A stretch of 42,928 nt of DNA from an uncultured Lachnospiraceae bacterium (GCA_958446555.1 CAUCWU010000001.1:1-42928); one strand, 5' to 3'. Shown: positions 17,407 to 26,895, counted from the first letter of the stretch. Made by a program: numbers and translations. The notes: generated by a model from the letters alone, not told the origin.

Positions 17407-19614
17407 ATGGCAATTCAAATTAGCCCAAATGGTCGACTGATGACCCTTCAGACAAAGGATTCCAGTTATCAGATGCTTGCTGATAAAAATGGAGTGCTTC
17501 TTCATTTATATTATGGAAGCAGTATTGGTGCAGAGGATTTGTCTGATCTTATTGTTAGAAGTGATGTTGGTTTTTCAGGAAATCCAGAGGAAGCAGGACT
17601 GGATCGCACATATTCACTTGATACACTGCCGCAGGAGGTTGCTTCTAGTGGCGTAGGTGATTTTAGAGATGATTCAGTTCGCTTGACACATCCAGACGGC
17701 AGCTGTGCAGCCGATTTTCGTTTCGAAAGCTGCGAGGTCGTATCCGGTGCATATTCGATTCCGGGTATGCCGGCACTGTATGATACAAAAGATAGTGAAG
17801 CGGGTGCATCGAGCGAGACGCTTATCATTCGCATGAAAGAAAAAGTCTCTGGAGCAATTCTTCATTTATATTATGGTGTTTGGGAAGAAGAAAATGTAAT
17901 CACAAGAACGGCAAGTTTGACTAATGCAGGTAAGGAGCCAATCTATATTGAAAAGTTTTTGTCATGCAGTATGGATATGATGGATCGTGATCTTGATCTT
18001 ATCAGCTTCACAGGCCGTCATGCGATGGAGCGCACAATGGAGCGCACACCAGTTACGCATATTAAGACGGAGTTTGGAAGTATTCGAGGAACATCCAGTC
18101 ATCACTATAATCCGGCAATGATTCTTTGTGACCGTCATGCAACAGAGGATGCAGGAGACTGCTTCGGTTTATGTCTGGCTTATAGCGGAAGCTTTACTGC
18201 AATGGCACAGAAGGATCAAAGAGATCAGATTCGTGTTCAGATGGGTATTAATCCGTATCAGTTTCGCTGGTGCTTAACAGAGGGAGAGACATTTTTTGCA
18301 CCACAAGTGATTCTTTCCTTCTCTAATCAGGGATTTAGCAAATTGTCACACCAGTATCATGATATATTACATGAGCATATGTGCAGAGGTCGTTATAAGC
18401 ATGAGCGCCGTCCAGTTTTGATTAATAACTGGGAGGCAACATATTTTGATTTCAATGAAGAGAAGATTGAAAAGATTGCGGCACAGGCAGGAGAGCTTGG
18501 CATTGAGATGATGGTGCTTGATGATGGTTGGTTTGGCAAGCGTGATGATGACAACAGTGGCCTTGGTGACTGGTTTGTCAATGAAAAAAAGATTCGCGGA
18601 GGTCTGCCAAAGCTTTCAGAGAAGATCCATGAAAAGGGTATGAAATTTGGTCTTTGGTTTGAGCCAGAGATGATCTCAGAGGACAGTGATCTTTACCGTG
18701 CTCATCCAGACTGGGCAATTACAATTCCAGGACGTGTGCCAAATCATGCCCGTAATCAGCTTGTACTTGATATGACAAGAAGTGATGTGCGCGACTATCT
18801 GATGGCTCGTTTTGAAGAAATTCTTGGAAATACTAAGATCGAGTATGTAAAGTGGGATATGAACCGCAGTATCTGCGATATGTACAGCCATATTTACAAA
18901 GGTGAGCAGTCAGGCGAATGCTATCATCGCTATATACTTGGCGTTTATGATTTGCTGGAACGTTTTGTACAGCGTTTCCCTGAGATTCTGCTTGAGGGCT
19001 GCAGCGGCGGCGGCGGACGCTTCGATGCCGGAATGCTGTACTATTCGCCACAGATTTGGTGTAGTGACAATACAGATGCTATGAACCGTCTTGATATCCA
19101 GTATGGAACATCATTCTTCTATCCGATCAGTTCAGTTGGTGCACATGTATCTGCATGCCCAAATCACCAGACAGGACGAAGCGTACCGCTTTCCACAAGA
19201 GCTGATGTGGCACTTGCCGGAAGCTTTGGTTACGAGCTTGATCTTCGTCTTCTTTCAGATGAGGAAAAGGCACAAGTAAAAGAGCAGATCAAAGAGTTCC
19301 ACGATTATTATGATCTGACGCACGAGGGAGATTATTACCGTCTTACAGAGCGTGATAATACAAGCTTTACTGCGTGGGAATTTGTCGCAAAGAATAAAGA
19401 ACGCGCGCTTGTAGAGGTAGTAAAAAAGGATGCATGGGGCAATCCGCTTCCAGTTCATGTTACCATCAAGGGACTCGAAGACAATTCAATGTATGTCTGC
19501 AGCTTAAATGGAATAAAGCGCAGCGGAAAGACTTGGAATCATGCAGGCATAACGCTTCCGAAGTTTTTGTGCGCAGGCGAGAGTATGAAATTTACATTTA
19601 TGAAGGTGGAATAG
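17407..19614 (+). CDS. Alpha-galactosidase, GH36
   Basis: NNWEATYFDF, VLDDGWFG, FGLWFEPEM, YVKWDMNR, CSGGGGRFD, WCSDNTDA; GAGGAG RBS before ATG 17407. Confidence 0.95.
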   Translation: MAIQISPNGRLMTLQTKDSSYQMLADKNGVLLHLYYGSSIGAEDLSDLIVRSDVGFSGNPEEAGLDRTYSLDTLPQEVASSGVGDFRDDSVRLTHPDGSCAADFRFESCEVVSGAYSIPGMPALYDTKDSEAGASSETLIIRMKEKVSGAILHLYYGVWEEENVITRTASLTNAGKEPIYIEKFLSCSMDMMDRDLDLISFTGRHAMERTMERTPVTHIKTEFGSIRGTSSHHYNPAMILCDRHATEDAGDCFGLCLAYSGSFTAMAQKDQRDQIRVQMGINPYQFRWCLTEGETFFAPQVILSFSNQGFSKLSHQYHDILHEHMCRGRYKHERRPVLINNWEATYFDFNEEKIEKIAAQAGELGIEMMVLDDGWFGKRDDDNSGLGDWFVNEKKIRGGLPKLSEKIHEKGMKFGLWFEPEMISEDSDLYRAHPDWAITIPGRVPNHARNQLVLDMTRSDVRDYLMARFEEILGNTKIEYVKWDMNRSICDMYSHIYKGEQSGECYHRYILGVYDLLERFVQRFPEILLEGCSGGGGRFDAGMLYYSPQIWCSDNTDAMNRLDIQYGTSFFYPISSVGAHVSACPNHQTGRSVPLSTRADVALAGSFGYELDLRLLSDEEKAQVKEQIKEFHDYYDLTHEGDYYRLTERDNTSFTAWEFVAKNKERALVEVVKKDAWGNPLPVHVTIKGLEDNSMYVCSLNGIKRSGKTWNHAGITLPKFLCAGESMKFTFMKVE

Positions 19615-19620
19615 ACGAGC

Positions 19621-19812
19621 TATTGTTTTGTTCACAGGTCGTAATCTGGATAAGCGGTGAGACGAGTTGCTTTTACGAGACTGAACGTTGTAGCGGGACT
19701 TTCAAAGCAAAGTATGATAATAGGTAGCGTAACAGGTGCCCGCGGAAAAGAGAGGTCGACAAAACAATCGTCGAAACGCTTTCGTAAAACTTTACCTGTG
19801 AACTATAAAATA
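19621..19812. other. Structured intergenic element with inverted ends (MITE-like or ncRNA)
   Basis: 16/19 inverted ends including perfect GTTCACAGGT/ACCTGTGAAC, plus nested stems. Confidence 0.45.
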
Positions 19813-19840
19813 AAAAAATGATATTTTTGAAAAAAAACAC

Positions 19841-19869
19841 TTGACTAAATCGCAAAAGTATTCTATACT
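19841..19869 (+). promoter_or_regulatory. Sigma-A promoter of tRNA-Cys with A-rich UP element
   Basis: TTGACT-17 nt-TATACT. Confidence 0.8.
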
Positions 19870-19880
19870 ATAGAAGTCAC

Positions 19881-19951
19881 GGCGATATAGCCAAGTGGTA
19901 AGGCGCGGGTCTGCAACACCCTTACCGCCGGTTCAAATCCGGCTGTCGCCT
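19881..19951 (+). tRNA. tRNA-Cys (GCA)
   Basis: Acceptor GGCGATA/TGTCGCC, D-arm GCC-AAGTGGTAA-GGC, anticodon loop CTGCAAC, T-arm GCCGG-TTCAAAT-CCGGC, U discriminator; CCA not encoded. Confidence 0.97.
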
Positions 19952-19954
19952 GTT

Positions 19955-19987
19955 AAGAGCTCTGAGAGATTCTCAGAGCTCTTTTTT
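19955..19987 (+). terminator. Rho-independent terminator of tRNA-Cys
   Basis: AAGAGCTCTGAGA-gat-TCTCAGAGCTCTT plus T-run. Confidence 0.85.
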
Positions 19988-20065
19988 GTATTATATGAAC
20001 ACAAGTAAGAAGATGTATAAATTGCTTTTAAACAACTTTTAAAAAATATTTAAAGAACTAGTTCG

Positions 20066-20094
20066 TTGACGTCTGTACTGGTAAGTGGTAGGAT
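20066..20094 (+). promoter_or_regulatory. Sigma-A-type promoter for the methyltransferase
   Basis: TTGACG-17 nt-TAGGAT with extended -10 TG. Confidence 0.55.
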
Positions 20095-20164
20095 GGTAAA
20101 GGCAGAGCCAGCAGGGACAGACAAAAGATAGCGTCCCTGTCCCCAAAAGCGAGGTTGTTGATAG

Positions 20165-20779
20165 ATGAAAGAATTAAAAAAAGAAGATCTCCAGATCACA
20201 GAGCTGATACATCGTTTTGTACGAGAGCATGTGGAGGCTGGGGATATATGTATTGATGCGACTGCAGGCTGCGGAAATGATACGCTGTTTTTATGTGAGC
20301 TAACCGGGGCCAGAGGAGAGGTTATGGCATTTGATATTCAGCCTCAGGCTCTTGAAAAGACGGCAACGCTTCTTGCAGAGCATGAGTGTATGGCAGAGCT
20401 GGTGCTTGACTCTCATTCAAACATGGCTGACTATATGTCTGAGGGAAGTGCTGCGTGCATTATGTTTAATTTTGGTTATCTGCCAGGTGCAGATCATAAG
20501 ATTGAAACAAAGGCACAGACAAGTATTGCGGCGATTAAGGCCGGCCTTTCTATTTTACGAAAGGGCGGCATCATGACACTTTGCTTATATGATGGAAGCG
20601 ATGTCCAGAGAGAGGAAAAAGAAGCTATTTTAGAAATGTTAAAGGAGCTAGACTCAAAGACATACCTTGTTATAACAAGCTGCTACTATAATCGCCCAAA
20701 TCATCCGCCTATGCCTGTATTTATACAAAAATTAGAGGGAAAAGACAGCAGTTGCATTTATGGTTTTGGATTGGTATAA
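20165..20779 (+). CDS. mnmM: Class I SAM-dependent methyltransferase, YtqB/MnmM family
   Basis: IDATAGCGNDT, AFDIQPQAL, LDSHSNM, MFNFGYLPGADH motifs. Confidence 0.75.
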   Translation: MKELKKEDLQITELIHRFVREHVEAGDICIDATAGCGNDTLFLCELTGARGEVMAFDIQPQALEKTATLLAEHECMAELVLDSHSNMADYMSEGSAACIMFNFGYLPGADHKIETKAQTSIAAIKAGLSILRKGGIMTLCLYDGSDVQREEKEAILEMLKELDSKTYLVITSCYYNRPNHPPMPVFIQKLEGKDSSCIYGFGLV

Positions 20780-20780
20780 T
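20752..20780 (+). promoter_or_regulatory. Promoter for pepP inside the 3' end of the methyltransferase gene
   Basis: TTGCAT-17 nt-TATAAT with extended -10 TG. Confidence 0.65.
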
Positions 20781-20841
20781 GTGAGTATTCAAAGAGTATT
20801 CAAATTTTTGTTTCGAAAAATGAGAAAAGAGGTATGAAGAA

Positions 20842-22077
20842 ATGAACTATAAAAAGCGCAGAGATGAAGTATTATCAAAGATGGAGAAAAATTCCGTTCT
20901 TGTTCTTTATTCAGGAGTGGGACATCATGTGAGTGCAGATGAGTATGCACCATTTGAAGCAAACAGAAACTTCTTTTATTTGACAGGTATTCGCCGAGAG
21001 AATATGATGCTAATTTTGGATAATGCGAATGAGGAGCCGACAGAAACTCTTCTTGTTGAAGAGGCCGATCCAGACCGCGAGCGTTGGATGGGAAAGAAGA
21101 TGACAGTCGATGAGGCAAAGGCGCAGGCACAGATCGAGAAAGTTGGATTTATTGACACAGAGAAGAGTGTGCTTAATCGTATTATGACAAGAGAGGATGT
21201 CTATAACGTATACTTTGACACCTATCGTCATGATATTGATGATCTTGAAGATTACAACATGATGAAGGCACGTGAGTTTGCCCAGAAGTATCCAGGTACA
21301 CGTGTGAAGGACTGTGCGCCGATCATCGCTGAGATGAGAATGCAGAAGGATGAGGATGAGGTTTCCTTAATCCGTGAGGCAATCAAGCTTACAGATAACG
21401 GCTTAAAGAATCTGATGGCGCATTTGCAGCCAGGTCAGATGGAATATCAGGCACAGGCTGATTTTGAGTATAGTATCAAAAGAAATGGTGCTGACGGTGT
21501 GTCATTTCCAACGATTGCCGGAAGTGGTATAAACGGAACGATGCTTCATTATGTGACAAATGACTGTGAGTGCAAGGACAACACATTGCTCCTTCTGGAT
21601 TTAGGTGCAAAGTATAAGGGTTACTGTGCCGATATCACAAGAACCTATCCGGTAAACGGTAAGTTCACCGAGAAGCAGCGCATGGTTTATGAGGCTGTTT
21701 TGGCAGCAAACCGTGCAATCAAGGAGACAGCAAAGCCAGGTATGACACTTCGCGAGTTAAACGATGTCTGCAAGAAGGTATTAGCAGAGGGCTGCATCCG
21801 CATGGGCTTAATCGAGAAGGAAGAGGAAATTGGAAAGTATTACATGCATGGTGTTTCCCATCATCTTGGAATTGATGTCCATGACGTAACAGTTGCCTCC
21901 AACAGCAAACTTCGCCCAGGTGCTGTTATCTCCGATGAGCCAGGTCTGTACATTGATGAGTGGGAGATCGGAATCCGTGTCGAAGATGATCTTTTGATCA
22001 CAGAGGACGGATGCGAATGCCTGTCCGAGGCTGTTATGCGCACACCGGACGAGATCGAAGCCTTTATGGCGAAGTAA
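20842..22077 (+). CDS. pepP: Xaa-Pro aminopeptidase (M24B)
   Basis: NFFYLTG, MLHY, LLDLGAKYKGYCADITRT, HGVSHHLGIDVHD, EPGLY, GIRVEDD. Confidence 0.93.
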   Translation: MNYKKRRDEVLSKMEKNSVLVLYSGVGHHVSADEYAPFEANRNFFYLTGIRRENMMLILDNANEEPTETLLVEEADPDRERWMGKKMTVDEAKAQAQIEKVGFIDTEKSVLNRIMTREDVYNVYFDTYRHDIDDLEDYNMMKAREFAQKYPGTRVKDCAPIIAEMRMQKDEDEVSLIREAIKLTDNGLKNLMAHLQPGQMEYQAQADFEYSIKRNGADGVSFPTIAGSGINGTMLHYVTNDCECKDNTLLLLDLGAKYKGYCADITRTYPVNGKFTEKQRMVYEAVLAANRAIKETAKPGMTLRELNDVCKKVLAEGCIRMGLIEKEEEIGKYYMHGVSHHLGIDVHDVTVASNSKLRPGAVISDEPGLYIDEWEIGIRVEDDLLITEDGCECLSEAVMRTPDEIEAFMAK

Positions 22078-22091
22078 TTCATTTACTAGGC

Positions 22092-22176
22092 AAACCCTGA
22101 GGTGGAAATGCTTTGCCAGCGATGCCGTAAAGTGAAACGGTTAGGCTCGCTGGCAATCATTTCACCGAGTGGGTTT
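22092..22176. repeat. Long intergenic hairpin element
   Basis: AAACCC/GGGTTT, GGTGGAAATG/CATTTCACC, TTGCCAGCGA/TCGCTGGCAA, CCGT/ACGG nested stems. Confidence 0.65.
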
Positions 22177-22208
22177 TCGTAGAAGTAGAAACCAAGGAGG
22201 CGCCAAAA

Positions 22209-23255
22209 GTGAAAAAGTATAAAAAGGTATTGATAGACGCTATCCTGTTTTTTGCAATTATAGGATTGACACTGTATGGCGTTTTTCATGGCGAGGATCT
22301 CTCCGGTCTAGGAGAGGCAATCAAACAATGTAATATTCTGTGGCTAATTCCGGCAGTTCCGCTTGTACTGTTTTTTATTGCAGGTGAGAGTATTGTCATC
22401 TGGCATATGCTGGATTGCTACGGGATCTATGTGAAGGAGCGGATCTGTTTTCTTTTTTCGGCAGTCGGATTTTTCTTTAGTTGTGTCACACCGTCAGCGA
22501 GCGGTGGTCAGCCAATGCAGATCTATTTTATGAAAAAGGAAGACATTCCCGTTCCGATTGCAACAGTCATTTTGCTAGTGGTCACAATCACCTATAAATT
22601 TGTGCTAGTGGTTGTAGGAGTCGGTTTGTGGTTGTTTGCAGGGGGATTTTTAGCTGAGTATGTAGCAGAAGCAAGATGGGTCTTTTATTTGGGAATTTTG
22701 CTGAATGTCGGCTGTGTCGCATTTATGTGCGTAGTCGTATTTCATCCGTCATTTGCAAAAAAAACATTAATGCTCGGAGCAAAGCTTCTGGAACGGATAC
22801 ACATTTTAAAACATAAGGAGGATCGTCTGGATAAACTGGATCGCTCAATGAATCTATATCATGAGGCGGCAGAGTTTATGAGCAGTCACTGGGGAATGAT
22901 TGCGAGAGTGTTTGCGATCACGGTTGTACAGCGCTTTGCAATGTTTGCTGTGACCTATTTTGTTTATCGGGCGTTTTCTCTAAATAGTATGGGCTTTTTT
23001 AAGGTCATGTTTTTACAGGCTGTGATCTCAGTATCGGTTGATATGCTTCCACTTCCGGGAGGAATGGGCATCAGTGAGGGACTGTTTATGGTCATTTTCC
23101 GCAAGGTATTTGGGGAGGCATTATTGATTCCGGGATTGGTTTTGAGCCGTGGCCTTGGCTATTACAGCGAGTTGTTTTTATCAGCAGTCTTTACAATTGT
23201 AGCTGTAGTGGTATTTCAGGTGCGTGAGCGAAAGAAAGCAAAAAAAGCAAATTAA
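22209..23255 (+). CDS. Lysylphosphatidylglycerol-synthase-TM / flippase-like membrane protein (UPF0104 type)
   Basis: AAGGAGG RBS, GTG start; multiple TMs; VTPSASGGQPMQ and PLPGGMGISEG motifs. Confidence 0.85.
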   Translation: MKKYKKVLIDAILFFAIIGLTLYGVFHGEDLSGLGEAIKQCNILWLIPAVPLVLFFIAGESIVIWHMLDCYGIYVKERICFLFSAVGFFFSCVTPSASGGQPMQIYFMKKEDIPVPIATVILLVVTITYKFVLVVVGVGLWLFAGGFLAEYVAEARWVFYLGILLNVGCVAFMCVVVFHPSFAKKTLMLGAKLLERIHILKHKEDRLDKLDRSMNLYHEAAEFMSSHWGMIARVFAITVVQRFAMFAVTYFVYRAFSLNSMGFFKVMFLQAVISVSVDMLPLPGGMGISEGLFMVIFRKVFGEALLIPGLVLSRGLGYYSELFLSAVFTIVAVVVFQVRERKKAKKAN

Positions 23256-23320
23256 ATTAGGAAGAATCCGGACTCAGAGCAGAGGCATAATCGCAATTAG
23301 GATGGATTACGAGGGGTACA

Positions 23321-24001
23321 ATGATAGGGTTTTATGATTATACGGTAATATTGACGTACATAAGTTTGGCATCGGCCGTTTTGGGAATGATCAGTGCCTG
23401 CTACACGAGAATTGGTTGGGCTGTCTTTTTCTTGGGACTTTCCGGCCTTCTCGACACCTTTGATGGAAAGGTGGCTAGAACAAAGAAAAATAGGACAGAG
23501 GATGAGAAACGATTTGGCATTCAGATCGATTCGCTCTGTGATATTGTGAGCTTTGGTGTCTGCCCAGTGATTATCTGTTGGTTCTCTGGCATGCAGAAAG
23601 CGTGGGAAGTCGCAATTCTGGTCTTTTATTGTCTGGCGGGATTGATTCGTCTGGCATATTATAATGTAATGGAAGAGAAGCGTCAGCAGGAGACTGATGA
23701 AAAGAGAAAGTATTATCAGGGTCTTCCGATCACTTCTATTGCAGTCATTTTACCATTTTTGTATGCAATCTCAAATTTGTGTCAGGATAATTTTGAGATC
23801 GTATTAAGCATTGCAATGCTGATCACCGGACTTCTGTTTGTGATTAATTTTAAATTTCCAAAGCCAAACAACAAGCAGCTGGCTGTGCTGATTATCATCG
23901 TCGCTGCCATTGTATTATATCTTCTATTTTGCTTTAACTGGAAGGAATATTATGGATGGAATTTATCGGATCTGATTTTCTGGAAGCATAAGCCAGTATA
24001 G
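23321..24001 (+). CDS. pssA: CDP-diacylglycerol--serine O-phosphatidyltransferase
   Basis: CDP-alcohol phosphotransferase motif DTFDGKVAR...FGIQIDSLCD, IRLAYYN, YQGLP; next to psd. Confidence 0.85.
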   Translation: MIGFYDYTVILTYISLASAVLGMISACYTRIGWAVFFLGLSGLLDTFDGKVARTKKNRTEDEKRFGIQIDSLCDIVSFGVCPVIICWFSGMQKAWEVAILVFYCLAGLIRLAYYNVMEEKRQQETDEKRKYYQGLPITSIAVILPFLYAISNLCQDNFEIVLSIAMLITGLLFVINFKFPKPNNKQLAVLIIIVAAIVLYLLFCFNWKEYYGWNLSDLIFWKHKPV

Positions 24002-24015
24002 AAGGGAGAGGCGCT

Positions 24016-24858
24016 ATGAAAGAAAAGACAAGTGGATTTTTAACATTTTTATATACGACACCGATTGGAAGAGGACTTCTTAGCATTCTTGTAAGCCCAG
24101 CTGTCTCACAGGCAGCAGGAAAGCTGATGAATAGTGGCGTGTCTGCTCTGGCAGTTCCAGGCTTTATCAAGTTTCATGAGATTGATGTGTCGGAGTTTGA
24201 AAAGACAAGTTTTTCCTCCTATAACGACTTTTTTACCAGAAAACTGAAGGCGGGTGCAAGACCGTTTGAGAAGGAAGAGGATGCACTGATTAGTCCGTGC
24301 GATGCAAAGCTTACGATTTATCCGATCATTAAGGATTCGCGCTTTTGGATCAAACAGGGTCAGTACACGTTAAAGAGCTTGCTTCGCGATGAAAAACTAG
24401 CCAAGCAGTTTGAGGGCGGTATTTTGTGGCAGCTTCGTCTGAGTGTTGATGATTATCATCGCTACATCTATCCGGTGAGTGGCAGACGCTCTCATGAGAG
24501 AACCATCCACGGTGTATTCCATACAGTTCAGCCGATTGCACTTGAAAATTGTCCAGTCTACAAGGAAAATACCAGAAAATATTGTCTGATCAAGACAAAA
24601 GAATTTGGCACAGTTCTGATGATGGAAGTCGGTGCAATGATGGTTGGACGAATCACAAACCATAAGGAGACACCGGGCAATGTAGAAGTCGGTGAAGAAA
24701 AGGGCTATTTTGAGTTTGGCGGTTCTACCATTATCCTTCTGACGCAAAAAGGTGCTGTTCTTCCAAGAAAGAATATTTTGTACCGAAGCGCCAGAGGAGA
24801 GGAAACGTGTATAAGACAGGGAGAAAAGATAGGAAAAGTTAATAATAATCAGCAGTGA
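24016..24858 (+). CDS. psd: Phosphatidylserine decarboxylase proenzyme
   Basis: YNDFFTRKLK, ISPCDA, DYHRYIYP, EVGAMMVG, FEFGGST autocleavage motif. Confidence 0.93.
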   Translation: MKEKTSGFLTFLYTTPIGRGLLSILVSPAVSQAAGKLMNSGVSALAVPGFIKFHEIDVSEFEKTSFSSYNDFFTRKLKAGARPFEKEEDALISPCDAKLTIYPIIKDSRFWIKQGQYTLKSLLRDEKLAKQFEGGILWQLRLSVDDYHRYIYPVSGRRSHERTIHGVFHTVQPIALENCPVYKENTRKYCLIKTKEFGTVLMMEVGAMMVGRITNHKETPGNVEVGEEKGYFEFGGSTIILLTQKGAVLPRKNILYRSARGEETCIRQGEKIGKVNNNQQ

Positions 24859-24864
24859 TTTATT

Positions 24865-26064
24865 TTAAAGCGGTAGCTTAAGGATGATAGTACTTCCTTC
24901 GCTGTCGCTTTCGCTTACATAAACTGTTCCATTATGAAGCTGTGCAATTTCGGCAACTAGTGCAAGTCCAAGACCGGCACCGCCCATTGTGCGGCTTCTT
25001 GATTTATCAACACAGAAAAAAGGTGTAAAGATTTTTTCTTGATTTTCAGGAGCAATGCCAATTCCTGTATCCTTGATGCTAATTAAGGCAAATCCATTTT
25101 CATCTTTTATATCAATGTGCACACTTCCATCGGGATGATTGTACTTGATTGCATTTTCAACAAGATTAAAAACAGCACGGTAGAGAAGAAGATAGCTTCC
25201 AGTGACGATACAGTCTGTGTCAGATTGGAAAAGTGTAATCTGCTTTTGATCAGCAATTGGTGCAAGATCACATAGAACTTCATCAGCGAGTGCTGCAAGG
25301 CTTATTGTATCAGAGCGCTTTACACGCTGCATTCCAGTCATATCAAGCAAAATCGAAGCTAAATGGCTAAGACGGTTTGTCTGCTCAAGAATCGTGGAAA
25401 AAAGTGTCTGGTATTCTGAAACAAAAGGTTCTTTCTTTTTGGAAAATACTTCAAGATTTGTCTGCATTACAGCAAGCGGAGTTCGAAGCTCATGAGCTGC
25501 GTTGGCAGAAAACTGCTTTTGAACGTCAAATGCATCATTTAATCGAGCAAGCATCTGATTAAATGCTTCTGTCAGCTTAGAAATTTCATCATGGCTTTCT
25601 GGAACATCAATGGAAACAGAAAGATTCTGTGCCTGAATATCAGAAATTTTTTTACTGAGGCTGCGAAGCGGAGCAAGGCTTTTACGTGTAAGAAACCAAG
25701 TTGAAAGACTGCTTATTAAAATAACAACAATGGTTACAGCAAGACTTTTGATCATGAAAAGCTGCTTTGTCTGGGCAAGCTGATCATTAATCTGCGGAAA
25801 TAGCATAGATGGATCAACCTGAAATGTGATAGGGGAAGAGTCATTCTGATCAATATGGATCACGTAATCGTGCAGATCATCCATTCCAGAGACGGCAGAA
25901 TGACTTATAAAAAAATACATAAAAATGCAGGCAACTGTGACAAGAAGTGTTGTCAGTGCAGTAAGACGCCATTGAAGTGGCATTTTTGCAAAGAAGGAGC
26001 GCAGAGGCGCTTTTTTTTGTGTGTGAGTCATAAGAATCCTTTCCTTATCTAAATGTTTAATCAT
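24865..26064 (-). CDS. HAMP-domain sensor histidine kinase
   Basis: Two TMs with short loop; FSANAAHELRTPL, NLVENAIKY, DTGIGI, GAGLGL. Confidence 0.92.
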   Translation of the reverse strand: MIKHLDKERILMTHTQKKAPLRSFFAKMPLQWRLTALTTLLVTVACIFMYFFISHSAVSGMDDLHDYVIHIDQNDSSPITFQVDPSMLFPQINDQLAQTKQLFMIKSLAVTIVVILISSLSTWFLTRKSLAPLRSLSKKISDIQAQNLSVSIDVPESHDEISKLTEAFNQMLARLNDAFDVQKQFSANAAHELRTPLAVMQTNLEVFSKKKEPFVSEYQTLFSTILEQTNRLSHLASILLDMTGMQRVKRSDTISLAALADEVLCDLAPIADQKQITLFQSDTDCIVTGSYLLLYRAVFNLVENAIKYNHPDGSVHIDIKDENGFALISIKDTGIGIAPENQEKIFTPFFCVDKSRSRTMGGAGLGLALVAEIAQLHNGTVYVSESDSEGSTIILKLPL

Positions 26065-26740
26065 TACAGCAGTCTGCGTTAAGCAGATATCCTTCGCCTA
26101 TCTTATTTTGAATAGGATCGTATCCAAGAGCTGCGCGAAGCTTTTTTCTAAGCGAGGAGATATGAACACGGATGGAATTACTGAAGCTGTTGACACTTCC
26201 ATCCCAGATATGCTCAATCAATTCCTCTGGACTGATCACTTGATCTGGATGAAGAAGAAAATATTCTAACAGACTGCTTTCTTTTCGCGTGAGGGAAAGT
26301 GGCATGTGATCAATCTGGGCAAGTCTTGTTTTTGTGTCAAATGATATGCGGCCGCAAGTTAGGCAGATATTTTCCTGAATAAATTTGCGGCGTGTGAGGC
26401 TTCGTATTCTGGCCTCAAGCTCTTCAAAATGAAAAGGTTTTGTAAGATAATCATTTGCACCAAGATCAAGTCCCTCCACCTTATCCTGAATTTGAGTTCG
26501 TGCAGAAAGGATGATAACTGGAGTGGATGAGTTTTCTGTGCGAAGCTGCTGTAAAATGGAAAGACCGTCCATTCCTGGAAGATTAAGGTCAAGCAAAATA
26601 AGATCGAATGGTTCTGTCAGACAAAGCTCTAGTCCTTCATTTCCGTCCATGCAGGCGTCCACCTCGTATCCGTCAAGGCGAAGTCCTTCAGCGATAGAGC
26701 TGCAAAGCTGTGCTTCATCTTCGATTACTAAAATATGCAT
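26057..26740 (-). CDS. OmpR-family response regulator
   Basis: LVIEDE, LDLNLPGMDG, GANDYLTKPF, winged helix IRVHISSLRKKL...GEGY. Confidence 0.93.
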   Translation of the reverse strand: MHILVIEDEAQLCSSIAEGLRLDGYEVDACMDGNEGLELCLTEPFDLILLDLNLPGMDGLSILQQLRTENSSTPVIILSARTQIQDKVEGLDLGANDYLTKPFHFEELEARIRSLTRRKFIQENICLTCGRISFDTKTRLAQIDHMPLSLTRKESSLLEYFLLHPDQVISPEELIEHIWDGSVNSFSNSIRVHISSLRKKLRAALGYDPIQNKIGEGYLLNADCCND

Positions 26741-26895
26741 ATCTTCATTCCCCTTTCAAAAATGGTTATTTTTTAAAAGTATATCATACGAAGAATAAAA
26801 TAGTTGTTAAAAAATAAAATTTCTTAACACTAATTTTATACGGCATGTGTTATAATCGCCTCAGATCAAAACAAAGAAAGGAAGGATCATAAGAA

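Noticed and set aside
19650..19760. T-box or cobalamin riboswitch (GGTGAGA, CAGGTGCCCGCGG)
   Set aside because: Only fragmentary resemblance; T-box antiterminator and B12-box absent, and no suitable downstream gene
19881..19951. tRNA-Cys as an integration site of a genomic island
   Set aside because: No integrase, and I found no duplicate of the tRNA 3' end in the window; the terminator follows directly
20054..20063. LexA/SOS box GAACTAGTTC
   Set aside because: Spacer is 2 nt; the Firmicute box is GAAC-N4-GTTC
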